DNA of 49,743 bases from Macrostomum lignano (taxonomy: Eukaryota): NCBI GenBank assembly GCA_002269645.1, contig NIVC01002028.1, forward strand, positions 1 through 49,743. Direction: 5' to 3'. Position 1 is the stretch's first letter. Each line of letters opens with the position of its first letter. The translations under genes and the position numbers were made by a program. The notes beneath the pieces are model-generated. The model made no database searches. It saw only the letters and a list, made by a program, of their open reading frames with translations, and was not told the origin of the DNA. Below, in pieces: positions 36,632 through 48,982 of the stretch.

Positions 36632-37689
36632 TGTGAGGTAGTGTGTACTTTTAATCCATTCTTCAAAACATTTGTTTAAACAGTATTTTCGAAAATTCAA
36701 GCATAAAAAACTAGAAATAAACTTATTCTTGCATGTTGCTACTGCTTCACCGAAAAGAGTAGCGAGATAAAGATTTTGAAATAGAAACCTGAGGAAATCT
36801 ATTTTTTATGAACTACTTTCACCTTTTGTTTTTGGAAGAACTCAGTAAAACAATGACGCGATTCAGTTGAAATGACCAGCTGCAGAATTTCATGGAAACA
36901 CAATCTGCTTAAAGCCCTAGTTATTCAAAACACTTTGCCTATCATACCGGCTTTCTGCAGTATCAGAGAAAATCCTTGCGTGTCAAGACCAGACAGAAAA
37001 CTATAAATGTTTTTCTCATAAAAAATCGAAGCTATAAGGCAGGCAACTGTTTGTATGGAGCAGCCCGAAATACGGCAGACTGAGATGAAGGGTGTTTGCC
37101 TAATTTTTCTGTCAGTCAAAGACACGCAAGATTTTCTCAAGCGGAAATGTTGAGTGTCTTCAGAAGAGATTCTCCAGTGGAACAGGGGGCCGGGCATCGA
37201 GAGGGGAGAACGGAGCATACGCTTGGCTCAGTGCCAAAAACCTCATGGCACATCGCCTTCCCTGAGGCGCTCCAATCATTTTAGACCCCGCCGTTCTCAC
37301 TGCAGGAAAGTCTTCAGTGAAAAAATTCATTCCATAAGCCTGTTCCTGAGCATCTTTGCAACAACTGATGTTTCTTTAATCTGATCTGCTTCATTTTTCT
37401 CCCTCGAATTTAGCCCGTACCCCGCCTTCTTATCCCCTCACCTCTAATCTGATTGGTTGAGCAATGAGTGCTCCTGTGAGGCAGATATTAACAAGCTGTT
37501 GTAAGCAAATTCCAAGCATAAAATACTACAGCTTCCTTGCTAGCTGTCAGGGTTCTGTCAGTCAGATGCAGCAAGAAATGATTCCCAGAAGTACCAAATT
37601 CGCGTTGAAGGTAAGTTGACCATTTGATTACCTGTAAACTGTATTTTGCTGCAGTTGACCCTATAGAAAATATTGAAGATAACGACTTA

Positions 37690-37885
37690 TAGAAGCTTCT
37701 ACAGGCTTATAAAGGCTGTTACAGACTGGTTACAGTCTGATAGAGGCTAGTAGAGACTGATACAGGCTTATACACGCTGATACAGGATTATACAGACTGA
37801 TAGGCTTACACAGATGGATACAGGCTTATACAGACTGGTAGAAGCTTATACAAACTTCTACAGGCTTATAAAGATGATACAGGCT
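37690..37885. repeat. Degenerate ~20-bp repeat (ACTGATACAGGCTTATACAG-like)
   Basis: Recurrent TACAGGCTTATA motifs. Confidence 0.6.
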
Positions 37886-37978
37886 TAGATAAATAGATAC
37901 AGAATTATTCAGACTATTGAGATAGATCTCATTGGCAAAGAACTGTATAAAATTATTTTATTGTATATAAATTCTGAC

Positions 37979-38273
37979 GGGGCTGTAGCCTAGGGTTAGA
38001 GCGTCGGACTCGCGACTTGAAGGTCGGGGGTTCGATTCCCAATCTCACTCGGAACAATTTGTGTCCTAAGCAAGACACTTAACTCTGCATTGCTTCAGTT
38101 CACCCAGCTGTAAAATGGGTGCCAGCATTAACTGGGGTAATTGAGAGTGTGTGGCGACCCCCCCCCCAGTCCTTGGACTGAACAGCCGTACGCAGCCTTC
38201 AGATGCGCCGCGCAATAGCTGCGGCTGAGTTGTCGGTTGCACATCTGGCCGCCCAATTGGGGCAGGTGTAATC
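37979..38273 (+). mobile_element. tRNA-derived CORE-SINE family A
   Basis: A box TAGCCTAGGGTTAGAGCG, B box GGTTCGATTC, and a central domain resembling the MIR CORE (gtgaccttgggcaagtcactt...ctgtaaaatggg). Confidence 0.9.
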
Positions 38274-38851
38274 AATTAAAATAATCCATTGTGTATAAAA
38301 CTGCATATTCGCATTTTTACCAAAATCTGCTACTGATACAGACCAGTAGTATAGAGCAGTTTACAGCACAAGCAGTCAGTACTGAATCCCTACAACTGAA
38401 CTCTGGGTAAGCAAGTGATCAGAATCCCGAGGCCGATGCACCGATCTCAGCAGTTCAACATGATGAGGAAGGAAATTTGATCCGCAGAAATTCGATTACT
38501 TTACCCTGGCGAAAGACCTTGTGAGTGCTGAGGGGGGGGGGCAGCTCCCATCATCGAACCAGATGCTGGCCAATCGAATGCTTCTAGTAGAGATGTTTTA
38601 ATACTCGGATTTTCTGCTTTTGCTGTTGATCCTGCTTTCTGTGAGCGAAGGAGACAGGCGGGCTGCGACAGACTGGGAGATGGCAACCAGTGCTTTGAGA
38701 TCGGGGCTGCAGGTAAGGCAATGAAACCAGAGTTTTGGCAGTTGAAGCCAAAAACCAACTACATGTATGTAGTTGGATGGGAATTTCATTTTTTACTTTT
38801 ATTGGAAACAGATCTAAAGTTAATGCTTTTAACATGACTTTCATATCTTAT

Positions 38852-39181
38852 GGGGGGTGGTAGCCTCGTGGTTAGAGCGTCGGACTTACGACTGAAAGGT
38901 CGGGGGTTCGATTCTCGACCCCACTAGAAAAATTTGTGTCCTTGAGCAAGACACTTTACCCTCTCTGCATTGCTTCAGTTCACCCAGCTGTAAAATGGGT
39001 GCCAGCTTTAGCTGGAGTAATTGAGGGTGTGTGGCGACCCCCAGTCCTTGGACTGAACAGCCGTACGCAGCCTTCAAATGCGCCGCGCAATAGCTGCGGC
39101 TGAGCTGTCGGTTGCATATCTGGCCCAACTGTGGCAGGTGTAATCAGATATTATTGTTATTGTTATTATTATTATTATTAA
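38852..39181 (+). mobile_element. tRNA-derived CORE-SINE family A with (ATT)n tail
   Basis: Closely similar to 37979-38273; ends in a TTATTG/TTA microsatellite tail. Confidence 0.9.
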
Positions 39182-39450
39182 TGGCTACTTCAGTGGTTCA
39201 TTGATTGTTTGTAAACCTTTCTTTGTACTCGTAATAAATAAGGGGATTTATATGTTTAGATTTTGGAATTTATATGCATCATTGCAAAACAGCAATACTT
39301 TAACTTTAGGCCATTAAGTTACACTGTAAAACTAAGTAGTTCTTGGTTAAAATTATGTTAGTTAGACAGTTAAAACTCTAAATCTGTGAAATTTAAACGT
39401 AAATTTACGTTTAAAAAAATTAAACGTAAAAGTTCACAATTCGTAAGCAG

Positions 39451-42400
39451 GGTCGCAAACAGCCGCCCACAGCAGCCAGAGATGAGCCTCAGAGTTCGCC
39501 CCAGCGTCAAGTGAAGAAACAGGCGACGAAATCCGTCTTACAAGATTCTCCATCTAAGTTGCGGCGAGGGCAAAGCTCCAGGTAAGTCTGTGGGTGACAC
39601 AGGCTGGGGGAGACACAGGCTGGGGGTGACACAGGCTGGGGGTGACAGAGGCTGGGGGTGACACAGGCTGGGGGAGACACAGGCTGGGGGTGACACAGGC
39701 TGGGGGAGACACAGGCTGGGGGTGACACAGGCTGGGGGTGACAGAGGCTGGGGGTGACACAGGCTGGGGGAGACACAGGCTGGGGGTGACACAGGCTGGG
39801 GGTGACAGAGGCTGGGGTGACACAGGCTGTGGGTGACACAGGCTGGGGGCGAAACAGGCTGGGGGTGACACAGGCTGGGGGTGACACAGGTTGGGAGTGA
39901 CACAGGCTGTGGGTGACACAGGCTGGGGGTGACACAGGCTGGGGTGACACAGGCTGGGGGAGACACAGGATGGGGCTGACACAGGCTGGGGGTGACACAG
40001 CCTCTTACACGCAATTTCACTAGCCGTCGCAAGAAACTAGAGTTGAGCAGGCTGTACTTTAAGTGTACTTCTCACACCCCACGCTGCAGGACGGAAGTCG
40101 TGCTAGACCAGGCTGTGTGCAGAATCGAAGTCCTGGAGAGAGACGCTGACAGCATCAGATCAACTCTGACCGTAAGCCGGGAGCAAGACGCAGATAGTTT
40201 TTCTTGAGAGCCCATTAGCTTGAGGCGCTGGGGCCAGGAGGACAGCAAGATGCGATAGTGGCAGCGGCTGGGGCTGCCGACGCCCGTGATTAATTGCTCG
40301 AATCTGGCGCGATACTTTTTTACTCCCCCCTCCGCCCTGGTCACTTCGCCATCAATGCTGGGCTTTGATCTTCGCCGCCGACTAGACAACGGTTGACAAC
40401 GGGGAAGTCGAGGGCAGACTGGCTTGTATTTTTCTGCTTTTATTGGAGCCGACAAAGTGAAAGTGCTTGTGCTACAGATAAGAGTAAGGCGGCTGTCAAC
40501 TGCTGGGCCACCGACATCACTGAACCTAGCGCAAGTGTGCCGATTGTTTCCCTGACAGAGAATTTTGCAGATTCTTTCATGCTTATATTTTTGTTCCGTC
40601 TCGCCTATAGGTTTTTATCTCTAGTCTTTTGTCTCCCATATCCCATGTCAGATATCTAATCTCACACATCCAGAGGCCAATTCTGATATCTAGTCTCACA
40701 GATTTCAACTCCCAACTCCCATCTCAGATCTCTAATCTCCCAGGTTCCATCGCCCAGTTCAAATATCTAATCTCACAGATTCTAGATCCCATCTCCTATT
40801 ATCTAATCTCGCCGATTTGATCACCCAGCTACTCATCTCCGATATCTAATCTCACAGATTCCATCTCCGATCACCAATATCTAATCACACAGATTCCATT
40901 TTTCATCGTCATATCTAATCTGAAAGATTCTAGATTCCATTTCCTATTATCTAATCTCACAGGTTCCAATCCCAGCTCAGATATCTAATAGCACATTTCA
41001 CAGATTCCATTTTTCATCATCATATCTAATCTCACAGATTCCAGATCCCATCTCCGATATCTAATCTCACAGATTCCAGATCCCATCTCTGATATCTAAT
41101 CTCACAGATTCCAGATTCCATCTCCGATATCTAATCTCACAGATATCTAATAGCACATTTCACAGATTCCATTTTTCATCATCATATCTAATCTCACACA
41201 TTCCATATCCCATCTCTGAAATCCCATCTCAATCTTGCTAAAGAGTTCAGCCGATCCAGAAATATCTCAATGACATCGCAGAGAAGAGAACTGAAATCAG
41301 ACAGCCAAGAACTCAATCTATCAGTCGAACAGTGGAACAGAAACAGAAAGCGCCGGGATGAAAATAGAGAGCCAGCTGAAGAGCTGGGAAGTCGAATATC
41401 GATCTTTAATTCAGAAATGAGAGACGGCAGCAGCAGAGCTGCATAAAGTCCGTTGGGAATGAGCGTCAGGGGGGGGGGAGTGGCGGAGAAGCAGGCAGTG
41501 ATGAGAGTCGAAGATTTCTCCCATCTAGTTAAGCGCATGTATTACACTGGGTACAGGCAGAGTTCCTTCAGCGTACCAACTACTGCTATGCCCTCCCGCT
41601 GTTCGGGAATTCAGATACTTAGAAGAACTTCTATCTGAAGTAGAGAATTACAGCTGGGGAAAGTTTGAAAGTTAAAGACTTCTAATCACCAATGGAGGAG
41701 TTTTTATCTATGATATAATATCTTCGTTAAACTTCACCCCAGCCCAGCCAATCGCAGGCCGAGAGCGGAGCTGTTCGGTTATTTTTCTAACATTTTATTT
41801 TTCTATATTTCAAAACTTAGGGGAATCATATAGTTTTCTGTGAAATTAAATTACGCCTATTTCTCTACCTACTTGCTTCAGTAGCAATGAACGAGTTTTT
41901 TATCTTTAATTTGAGAACTTTTCTTTATGCTCAAAATTTTACGTCGTCGAATTACTAGTGCAGGTGTAGAAAAAATACTAAACTAAAGACTATTTAATTG
42001 GAGTTAAATTGAAGGAGCAGAAGGAGCAGTAAGTGGGCGCAGGGCCCAAACCGATATATTTATAGAACATTTAACTTTGGGGGGTTGAGCCCAGAATAAT
42101 AAAGAGAGGGGGTGGAGTGCGCGACTGAGGAAAGAGGCGAGAACGGAGAGCCAATCAGAACGCAGCAAGGGAGAGAGAGATAAGAATAACAAGATTGAGC
42201 TAGACAGAGAGAGAAAACGGAGTAAACAGAGACAAGTGAAGGTGAACTAAGAAATGACTAGGAAAGTCGCGACACCCCCGAGTACCAATAGAATTATGAA
42301 TTAGAGTTCAAGAAACAACTTTAAAGCAAATTTAACAATGGTGTACAAATTCGACTAAGAATTTCAATACAAAACCTGTGGAGACTAGAGTGAATGCAAA

Positions 42401-44917
42401 TTTGACCAAGAAATTTCACGTGTGCGATTTTAATGAATAAATTGTTACAACCAAATGAAAACTGACTACATCTACTCTCCCCCCTAAAAAATTAATTTAA
42501 TTTTTTACATTGTGACTACATGGTGAAAGAAAAAATTGAATGACGAATTAACGAGGCGATCTGGCAGGCGATGAGCGAAGAGACGATCCGGCAGGCGAGC
42601 CCCGAGGCGCCCCGGCCGAGAATTTGAAACCGAGAGAGACCGAGGACACCGCAGGACGCACCCCCGGCAGACGAATCGATGAGGCCGACAGACGAAGCGA
42701 TGAGGCCGACAGACGAAGCGATGAGGCCGACAGACGAAGCGATGAGGCCGACAGACGAAATGACGAGATGACTGGTGGAGGGCTACGACTATGACGATGG
42801 CATGGCCTTTGCCAGCCTTACTGAATTGACTTAATTATTTTACATTGGGCGCCATGTAGAAAAAATACTAAACTAAAGACTATTTAATTGGAGTTAAATT
42901 GAAGGAGCAGAAGGAGCAGTAAGTGGGCGCACGGCCCAAACCGATATATTTATAGAACATTTTACTTTGGGGGGTTGAGCCCAGAATAATAAAGAGAGGG
43001 GGTGGAGTGCGCGACTGAGGAAAGAGGCGAGAACGGAGAGCCAATCAGAACGCAGCAAGGGAGAGAGAGATAAGAATAACAAGATTGAGCTAGACAGAGA
43101 GAGAAAACGGAGTAAACAGAGACAAGTGAAGGTGAACTAAGAAATGACTAGGAAAGTCGCGACAGCAGGGTTCGGAAATTGTTTTATTTCAAGGGTCAGA
43201 TAGAGAACCTAGAGCATGACTGCAGGCTCGAGGAGAGGAGAGAGGAGAGGGAATAGAGAAGAGAGCTGAGAGATGATAGATAGGAGAAAAGAGAGTCGAG
43301 GAGGGATTGGCGAGGCAAGGCGAAAAGAGAGGAGACGAGAGGAGAGAAGAGATGAAATAGGAGAGAAGGCAGAGGAGAATGGAGAGAAGAGAATGAGAGG
43401 AAAGGAGAGGAGAGGAGAGAAGAGGAGAGGAGAGGAAATGAGAGAGAAGACAGTTGAGAAGACACAAACCTTGAGCGGGCCGAATTGCTATTGCGAAGTT
43501 TCAAAGGACCCGAGGGCCAGAGAGAGGCTTGCGGGTCGCATGTGGCCTGTGACTATACCCCTTGTTTAGTCAGTAGTCACTTTAGCCAGCTCAAAACTTA
43601 AAGATGCTGACGATATGAAATTGCAAGCTTGTGAAGTTTCGAGTTTCCAAAAGCGAACCTGCTTTCGCACCCAACCCGCCCGCGCCCAGGCCAGCCAATC
43701 GCAGGCCGATCAGCTGTTCAGCCGGCTGGAAAGCCTCGAGGAGGCCGGCTGTGAGCGTCGGCTGGCCGCCTTGGAGCTGGACAGCCGCCGACTGCGCCGC
43801 GACCTGCTGCGAACCAGCCGCAACACTGACCAGCTGGCCAATCAGATTGTCTGCAACTCTCTGGCGCACAAGGTCTGCTTTCAGAAGAGAATAAAATTGT
43901 CTAAATTAAAGCTTTTTTAAGTTCCCTATTAATGTTTGTTTACAACTCCATCAAATGAGTCATTGAATCGCACGGATCCGAGTACAAGTCACGTGATCGA
44001 ACCGAATTTTGGTCGCGTCTCGTGACCAAAGACTTCCAGCAAATGTGATTCCGCTCAGGGAGACCCGTCTGTCTCGCCTGCAGCGCGGTCCTCCTCACCA
44101 GCGGTTGGGAAGAAGCTGGCTCCTTCCGTGTCCCTGAGGTACCGGACGTTAGCGGTATGCACTCGGGCCTGCAAACCTCGGAGAGGTGATTGAGCCTGGC
44201 CTTGCTGAAAAACGGCTGATAAAAATTGTTCACAGTTTTCACTGCTTGAGCCGCAGACGAGACACCGCTCAAGCCATGGAAGAAACGGATGGAGGGCCGT
44301 GCTGACTACTTTGAGGTACCTCTGGTTCAGCCTAAGGAGGGCTCTGCGCAGGAGGGGATGACAAGAGGCAGCATTTTTTTCATTGATTTGTACACCATTC
44401 GTGCGATTTTAGGACTCAATTGATGGGAGGACACTCTTTCAGTTAGTTAACTGCCGCAAGGGGCTCTGGCACTGCCGAAAATCAAGAGGCGACAGCCGAC
44501 CGGTTTCAGAGTCTCACCGAGCAGAGCCGCTACCTGCGGCTGCGCCTGGACGAGACGGAGCAGCGAAGTCGCCAACTGGCCGCGGCGGTGGCTGCGCTGA
44601 CTCGACTGGTGAACCTGGAGCAGGCCGGTTGCGACCCCGAAGACCTGAGCTGCTCATCCAGCCTGAACTGCAGTGTGGAGCTCAACGTCGGAGGGGATGC
44701 TATCAATGACTGCGGAGATGATCGCGAATGTGCGGCAGCAGCTCCAGCTCGAGACGATGACGGCTATTCGTCTCTGGCACCCACAGCGACGGCTGCCGCT
44801 GCAGCGGCTGCCGCGGAGGCTTCAGCCGGTCTGGCAACCCGCTTCGAGCCGGTGTCGATGGACGATTTTTACATCGACGATGACTTTGAGGTGCAGCGAG
44901 TTCTTGCTGGGAGATGA
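39451..44917 (+). CDS. Uncharacterised coiled-coil protein, partial multi-exon model
   Basis: Exons 39451-39581 (phase 2), 40024-40171 (phase 0), 43690-43872 (phase 0) and ~44447/44510-44917 join in frame and give heptad-like LDQAVCRIEVLERDADSIRSTLT|ASQSQADQLFSRLESLEEAG...RLRLDETEQRSRQLAAAV. Upstream candidate exons near 37570-37610, 38488-38520 and 38650-38712 could not be phased. Confidence 0.5.
39592..40000. repeat. 16-bp G-rich minisatellite (GACACAGGCTGGGGGT)n
   Basis: Direct observation; fills the intron 39582-40023. Confidence 0.96.
40640..41200. repeat. Degenerate ~35-bp minisatellite (ATATCTAATCTCACAGATTCCAGATCCCATCTCCG)n
   Basis: Recurrent ATATCTAATCTCACAGATT units. Confidence 0.85.
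41965..43164 (-). mobile_element. Non-autonomous LTR retrotransposon (TRIM-like), 1200 bp
   Basis: Two 310-bp LTRs (41965-42274, 42855-43164) with TG..CA ends and only 2 mismatches seen; 5-bp TSD GCAGG (41960-41964, 43165-43169). Minus-strand PBS TGGCGCCCAA (42854-42845) and a G-run PPT at 42275-42279; 580-bp non-coding interior. Confidence 0.92.
43200..43560 (-). mobile_element. Second copy of the hAT/MER58-like MITE family (GA-rich on the plus strand)
   Basis: GAAGTTTCAAAGGACCCGAGGGCCAGA..GCTTGCGGGTCGCATGTGGCC matches the reverse complement of 2500-2570 and has the same purine-rich tract adjacent. Confidence 0.6.
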
Positions 44918-45431
44918 CACAGTGGGAGATGACACAGTGGGAGATGACACAGTGGGAGATGACACAGTGGGAGATGACACAGTGGGAGATGACACAGTGG
45001 GAGATGACACAGTGGGAGATGACACAGTGGGAGATGACACAGTGGGAGATGACACAGTGGGAGATGACACAGTGGGAGATGACACAGTGGGAGATGACAC
45101 AGTGGGAGATGACACAGTGGGAGATGACACAGTGGGAGATGACACAGTGGGAGATGACACAGTGGGAGATGACACAGTGGGAGATGACACAGTGGGAGAT
45201 GACACAGTGGGAGATGACACAGTGGGAGATGACACAGTGGGAGATGACACAGTGGGAGATGACACAGTGGGAGATGACACAGTGGGAGATGACACAGTGG
45301 GAGATGACACAGTGGGAGATGACACAGTGGGAGATGACACAGTGGGAGATGACACAGTGGGAGATGACACAGTGGGAGATGACACAGTGAGAGATGACAC
45401 AGTGGGAGATGACACAGTGGGAGATGACACA
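44909..45431. repeat. 15-bp tandem repeat (GGGAGATGACACAGT)n, ~35 copies
   Basis: Nearly perfect units. Confidence 0.98.
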
Positions 45432-46344
45432 TCATCTCCATGTATCGTATGGATCAAATGTATGTATCATATGGACCGTACGTTTTCATGTGCATTTCAA
45501 AAAATGTTTAAACATAAAAAATATTTGATAATAATCTATTCAAGATTACGTTCACTAACTTCAAACTTCAATGTTTCCGGCTTAAAAATATTTCTTCACA
45601 CAGTAGTCTAGAAATGAAAAAAATAAGACATACAAACTAGATTTAAGACTTAGACAACAAAGTTACTTTGCTATTCAACAAAAACTGTGTCTGGCTCAAT
45701 TACGAATGGCATTGAAGAATCGCGAGCTCATAGGTCAAAACGGGCATGCTGTCGTGAAAATTGCATAGCAATCTGTGCAATCCTAGAAAAAATAATGCTC
45801 TGAAACAAAGACAATCCTTGCATAATTAATACAAACTAATGCGAAAGCAATCAGTCAGGTGTGTAACGACAAAATAATAAATTTCTCCCTTTGATAGCCT
45901 AGCATTGGTCGAGTCCCCCTGCTCTGTGATAACTCGTCGGCATACAATATCCGAACTGACTACTCGCGAGTAGTGAGTAGCAGTCGACAGAAGGTGAGAC
46001 ACCCAGTGTGCGCAGAATTCATGGTTCAAAAAAATTGAAATGGACCACAAGGGAAACAATACTCTAATTATAAAAAAATAGTGCTCAAAGCTTGCTCATG
46101 AGAGTTTAGTTGCAACTCTTTCGGTGCTGAAAGCAAAAAAAATTAGCGATCATAAAAGTGCAGGGAATTCCAAGTGAAGTGGCGCGTGCTTCATCAAGCT
46201 TTGCTCACAGGGAATATCTGGGCTTGCAATGCCATCCACGCAGGATTCTCTGTGAATTAAAGGGTGCAAAAGGTCAATTATGAGTACCTTATTCTCCAAT
46301 TTTTGCTCACATGCAATGCAAAAGGTCAGTGTGTACATCACTAT

Positions 46345-48841
46345 TCAGTCTGGTAAATGTACAATGGTCGCCCGCCTCATTCCACTCTCATACAGCAACC
46401 CCACTCCGCATTCTGATTGGCTGTGGCTTGGCAGTCTAGGCGTCAGTTTCAATCGGGGCAGCGAGCTCTGCGCCACTTTGCCATTGGCCACAGTTGCTCC
46501 TCCCACGAAGCCGGAGTCGTTGCTCTCCGAGGCGGTCAAGTTGGTCGACTGCTGCTCATGCTCCTGATGCTGTTGCTTCTGATTCCCTTGATGTTGCTTC
46601 TGCTTCTGCAGTTGCTGCTTTTCAGGCGACTCCGTCTCAGTCCGAGCTTCGTTGTCGTCAATTTTCCGGTCCGGGTTGTCCGGTTTCGCTTCCGCAGTGG
46701 GGGGCGGCGGCTTCTTCAGACCGAGGGAGGCCAGGCTGGGGTGCAGAGCGAGCGAGGGGATCAAAATTAGGGGAGCAGCGATTCGCCACGAATCCTGGCA
46801 AGAATGCGAGTAATCTTCGCAGTGATATCAGCTTCTTCCGAGATCCCAATTTAACAAATTCCCGAATACCCTACCCCTGCTCGGGGAAGACCGCGGGAAA
46901 GGCCTCATTAAGCACGGCCTGGCTGCAGCTCGCTCCCCCACGCAGTCTCCCAGCTGCCTCTCTCGCCACTGCTAGGCTGAAACAATCGCGCATTGAAAGC
47001 CCGCATCTCACTCTGCTCTTTGAATGGAGCAGCTCAGAGTATCCCAGATAAGCCTGTAAGCCAAACAGTAAGCTGTCTGTCTTGCTCAAGCCCTCACAGC
47101 CATCCTAATGACCAGTTCAGCCTAAGCATCAAGGTGAAACCGAATTATTTTTCTGTCCAAATGAATCCCGACTTAGTAAATTGACTTGAAAGGCGGGCCG
47201 TAGCCCAGTGGTCTAGTGCGGCGCTCTGATGTGCCAGCGGCCCTGGCTCGATTCCAAGTGCAGGCGCTAAATTGGAATCTCGGCTTGGCTCTGCACGTGC
47301 AATTAACGCCCTTGAGGGGACCAAGGGGACCAAGGCACAGTGAAGTGTACATGCCTAACGATAAATAAAGTTAGGGCCGCTGTACACTCCTGTGTGAGTG
47401 TGTGCCTGTGCGTATGACTGCGTACGTATCCGCGCGCTTGTGTGCCTGCTCAAGGGGATTAGAACCAATTTATGTATGGTTTTATCGAATTTTAATACAT
47501 GGCTTAATGCTCTTCCATCCTGCCTTATATTGGTTGATTATTTCAGAGCAGCTTTGACCCGCTTTGTAGGGAAGAGGATACTAAAGCTACTGAAGGGGAA
47601 CAAGACTAAAAGGGATAAAAGAAGAGGCAGAGAGGGGAAGATCAAGGGAGCAGGGAGTCGGAGAATGTTAAATCTAATTAAATCCTCGCACATCAACACC
47701 CCAGCCAGCCCTGCTACAGCCGCGGCCCTGAATGTGCGAATCAACTCAACCGCCCATCCCGGCTGCTCGCTGGCGTGATGTAAGCCGAGTCACGTCACCG
47801 TTTGTGCTCAATTACCTGATTCACAGGCAGGTAAGGTAAGGCATTATAGCTGGGAAGGGATAGGCAGACAGACCTGCTTAGGTTTTGCAGCCTAGACATT
47901 CGATAAAATTAGAAAGGCATGAGCAAGAAAAAGTAGGCTGTTTTTTAATTGGAAGCTGCAGCTCGAGCCTCATCAGTTGCGTCTCTCACTAAACTTTGCT
48001 ACTGCAGTTTCCAGGGTTGATTTAAAATAATGCTTGTTTGGAGCCGAAAGAGTTCTCTCTGTACTATGCTTTTATTATCTCAAATTCATATTATTTTTGA
48101 AAACGCTGAGTCTGCTTAAGTTGAAGAATTTTCATTAAAATATTCAAGTATATATAAGTTTTAGAAACTGCTTTTTACTGTTTGAAACTCCAATTATTAT
48201 CATTCATTTTATCAGCAGGACAAGAATTCAGTTAAAATGAAACTTCTCTCTGAGTACTGAATTTTTCTGACCCCTACTGACAAAATAAAGTGCCCGCTCA
48301 AGTGAAATGGCGCCCACTCAAGTGAAATGGCGCCTACTCAAGTAAAATGGCACTCACTCAAGTGAAATGGCGCCTACTCAAGTAAAATGGCACTCACTCA
48401 AGTGAAATGGCGCCTACTCAAGTAAAATGGCACTCACTCAAGTAAAATGTCACTCACTCAAGTGAAATGGCGCCTACTCAAGTAAAATGGCACTCACTCA
48501 AGTGAAATGGCGCCTACTCAAGTAAAATGGCACTCACTCAAGTGAAATGGCGCCCACTTAAACAAAATGGCTCCGTCCCCGCCGCTCACCCGTGATTATC
48601 GGTCCCTTCAACAATTTCAGGCGGTTCCGGCAGCGGCTTATTGAAGTTGTCCTTGCCAACCAGCCAGTACGACTTCACCATGCCGCGGCCCTTCAGTTCG
48701 ACCTCGCCTCGCAGCTGCAGGTGATAGCCGCCCAGCTGGTCAAGGATGGCCTTAGTAAACGGGCTCACGTGGATACGGAAAGCCGCTCCGGTGGACTCCA
48801 TGCGGCTTGCAGTGTTCACCGTGTCTCCGAAGAGGCAGTAC
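46345..48841 (-). CDS. Receptor-type guanylate cyclase, last two coding exons (5' part lies beyond the window)
   Basis: Exon 48841-48590 encodes (R)[23 protein letters not shown]...[10 protein letters not shown]...[14 protein letters not shown]...NHG; the Cys in YCLFG is the GTP-specificity residue. It ends GG|gtgag (phase 2) and joins ccccag|C CTG at 46735 (NHG-LASLG), with stop at 46345-46347. Confidence 0.85.
47193..47460 (+). mobile_element. tRNA-derived SINE family B, 3'-truncated copy in the guanylate cyclase intron
   Basis: A box TAGCCCAGTGG and B box GGCTCGATTCC; the body matches the reverse complement of 12400-12657. Confidence 0.85.
48295..48570. repeat. 20-bp minisatellite (ACTCAAGTGAAATGGCGCCT / ACTCAAGTAAAATGGCACTC)n
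   Basis: Two unit variants, largely alternating. Confidence 0.95.
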
Positions 48842-48982
48842 CTGAAAGACAAAAAGATTTCCATGCTTTACAGAGCCTACAGATTAGATTGGGAACCGCT
48901 GGCAATCATAATTAACACCAGTTATTCCTTTATTGCGTCTTTTGTGGAATTTTCTCAACTAAATCTTCTAAAGGTGAAATGT

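Noticed and set aside
37979-38050. tRNA-like sequences (also at 12590-12657, 34330-34389, 38852-38925 and 47193-47265)
   Set aside because: They have A and B boxes but no complete cloverleaf, and each is followed by a shared SINE body; they are SINE heads, not tRNA genes.
39507-40032. Cys/Pro-rich ORFs (PQPVSPPACV)
   Set aside because: Antisense translations of an intronic 16-bp minisatellite.
42678-42760. Hammerhead-like GATGAGGCCGACAGACGAAA in the TRIM core (retrozyme idea)
   Set aside because: The core lacks U4 (CGAUGA versus CUGAUGA), stem II does not pair, no stems I/III are evident, and it is on the strand opposite the element's inferred transcript. An Infernal hammerhead search would settle it.
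44673-45611. GDDTV, MTQWE, SSPTV and CHLPL repeat ORFs
   Set aside because: Artefacts of the 15-bp array.
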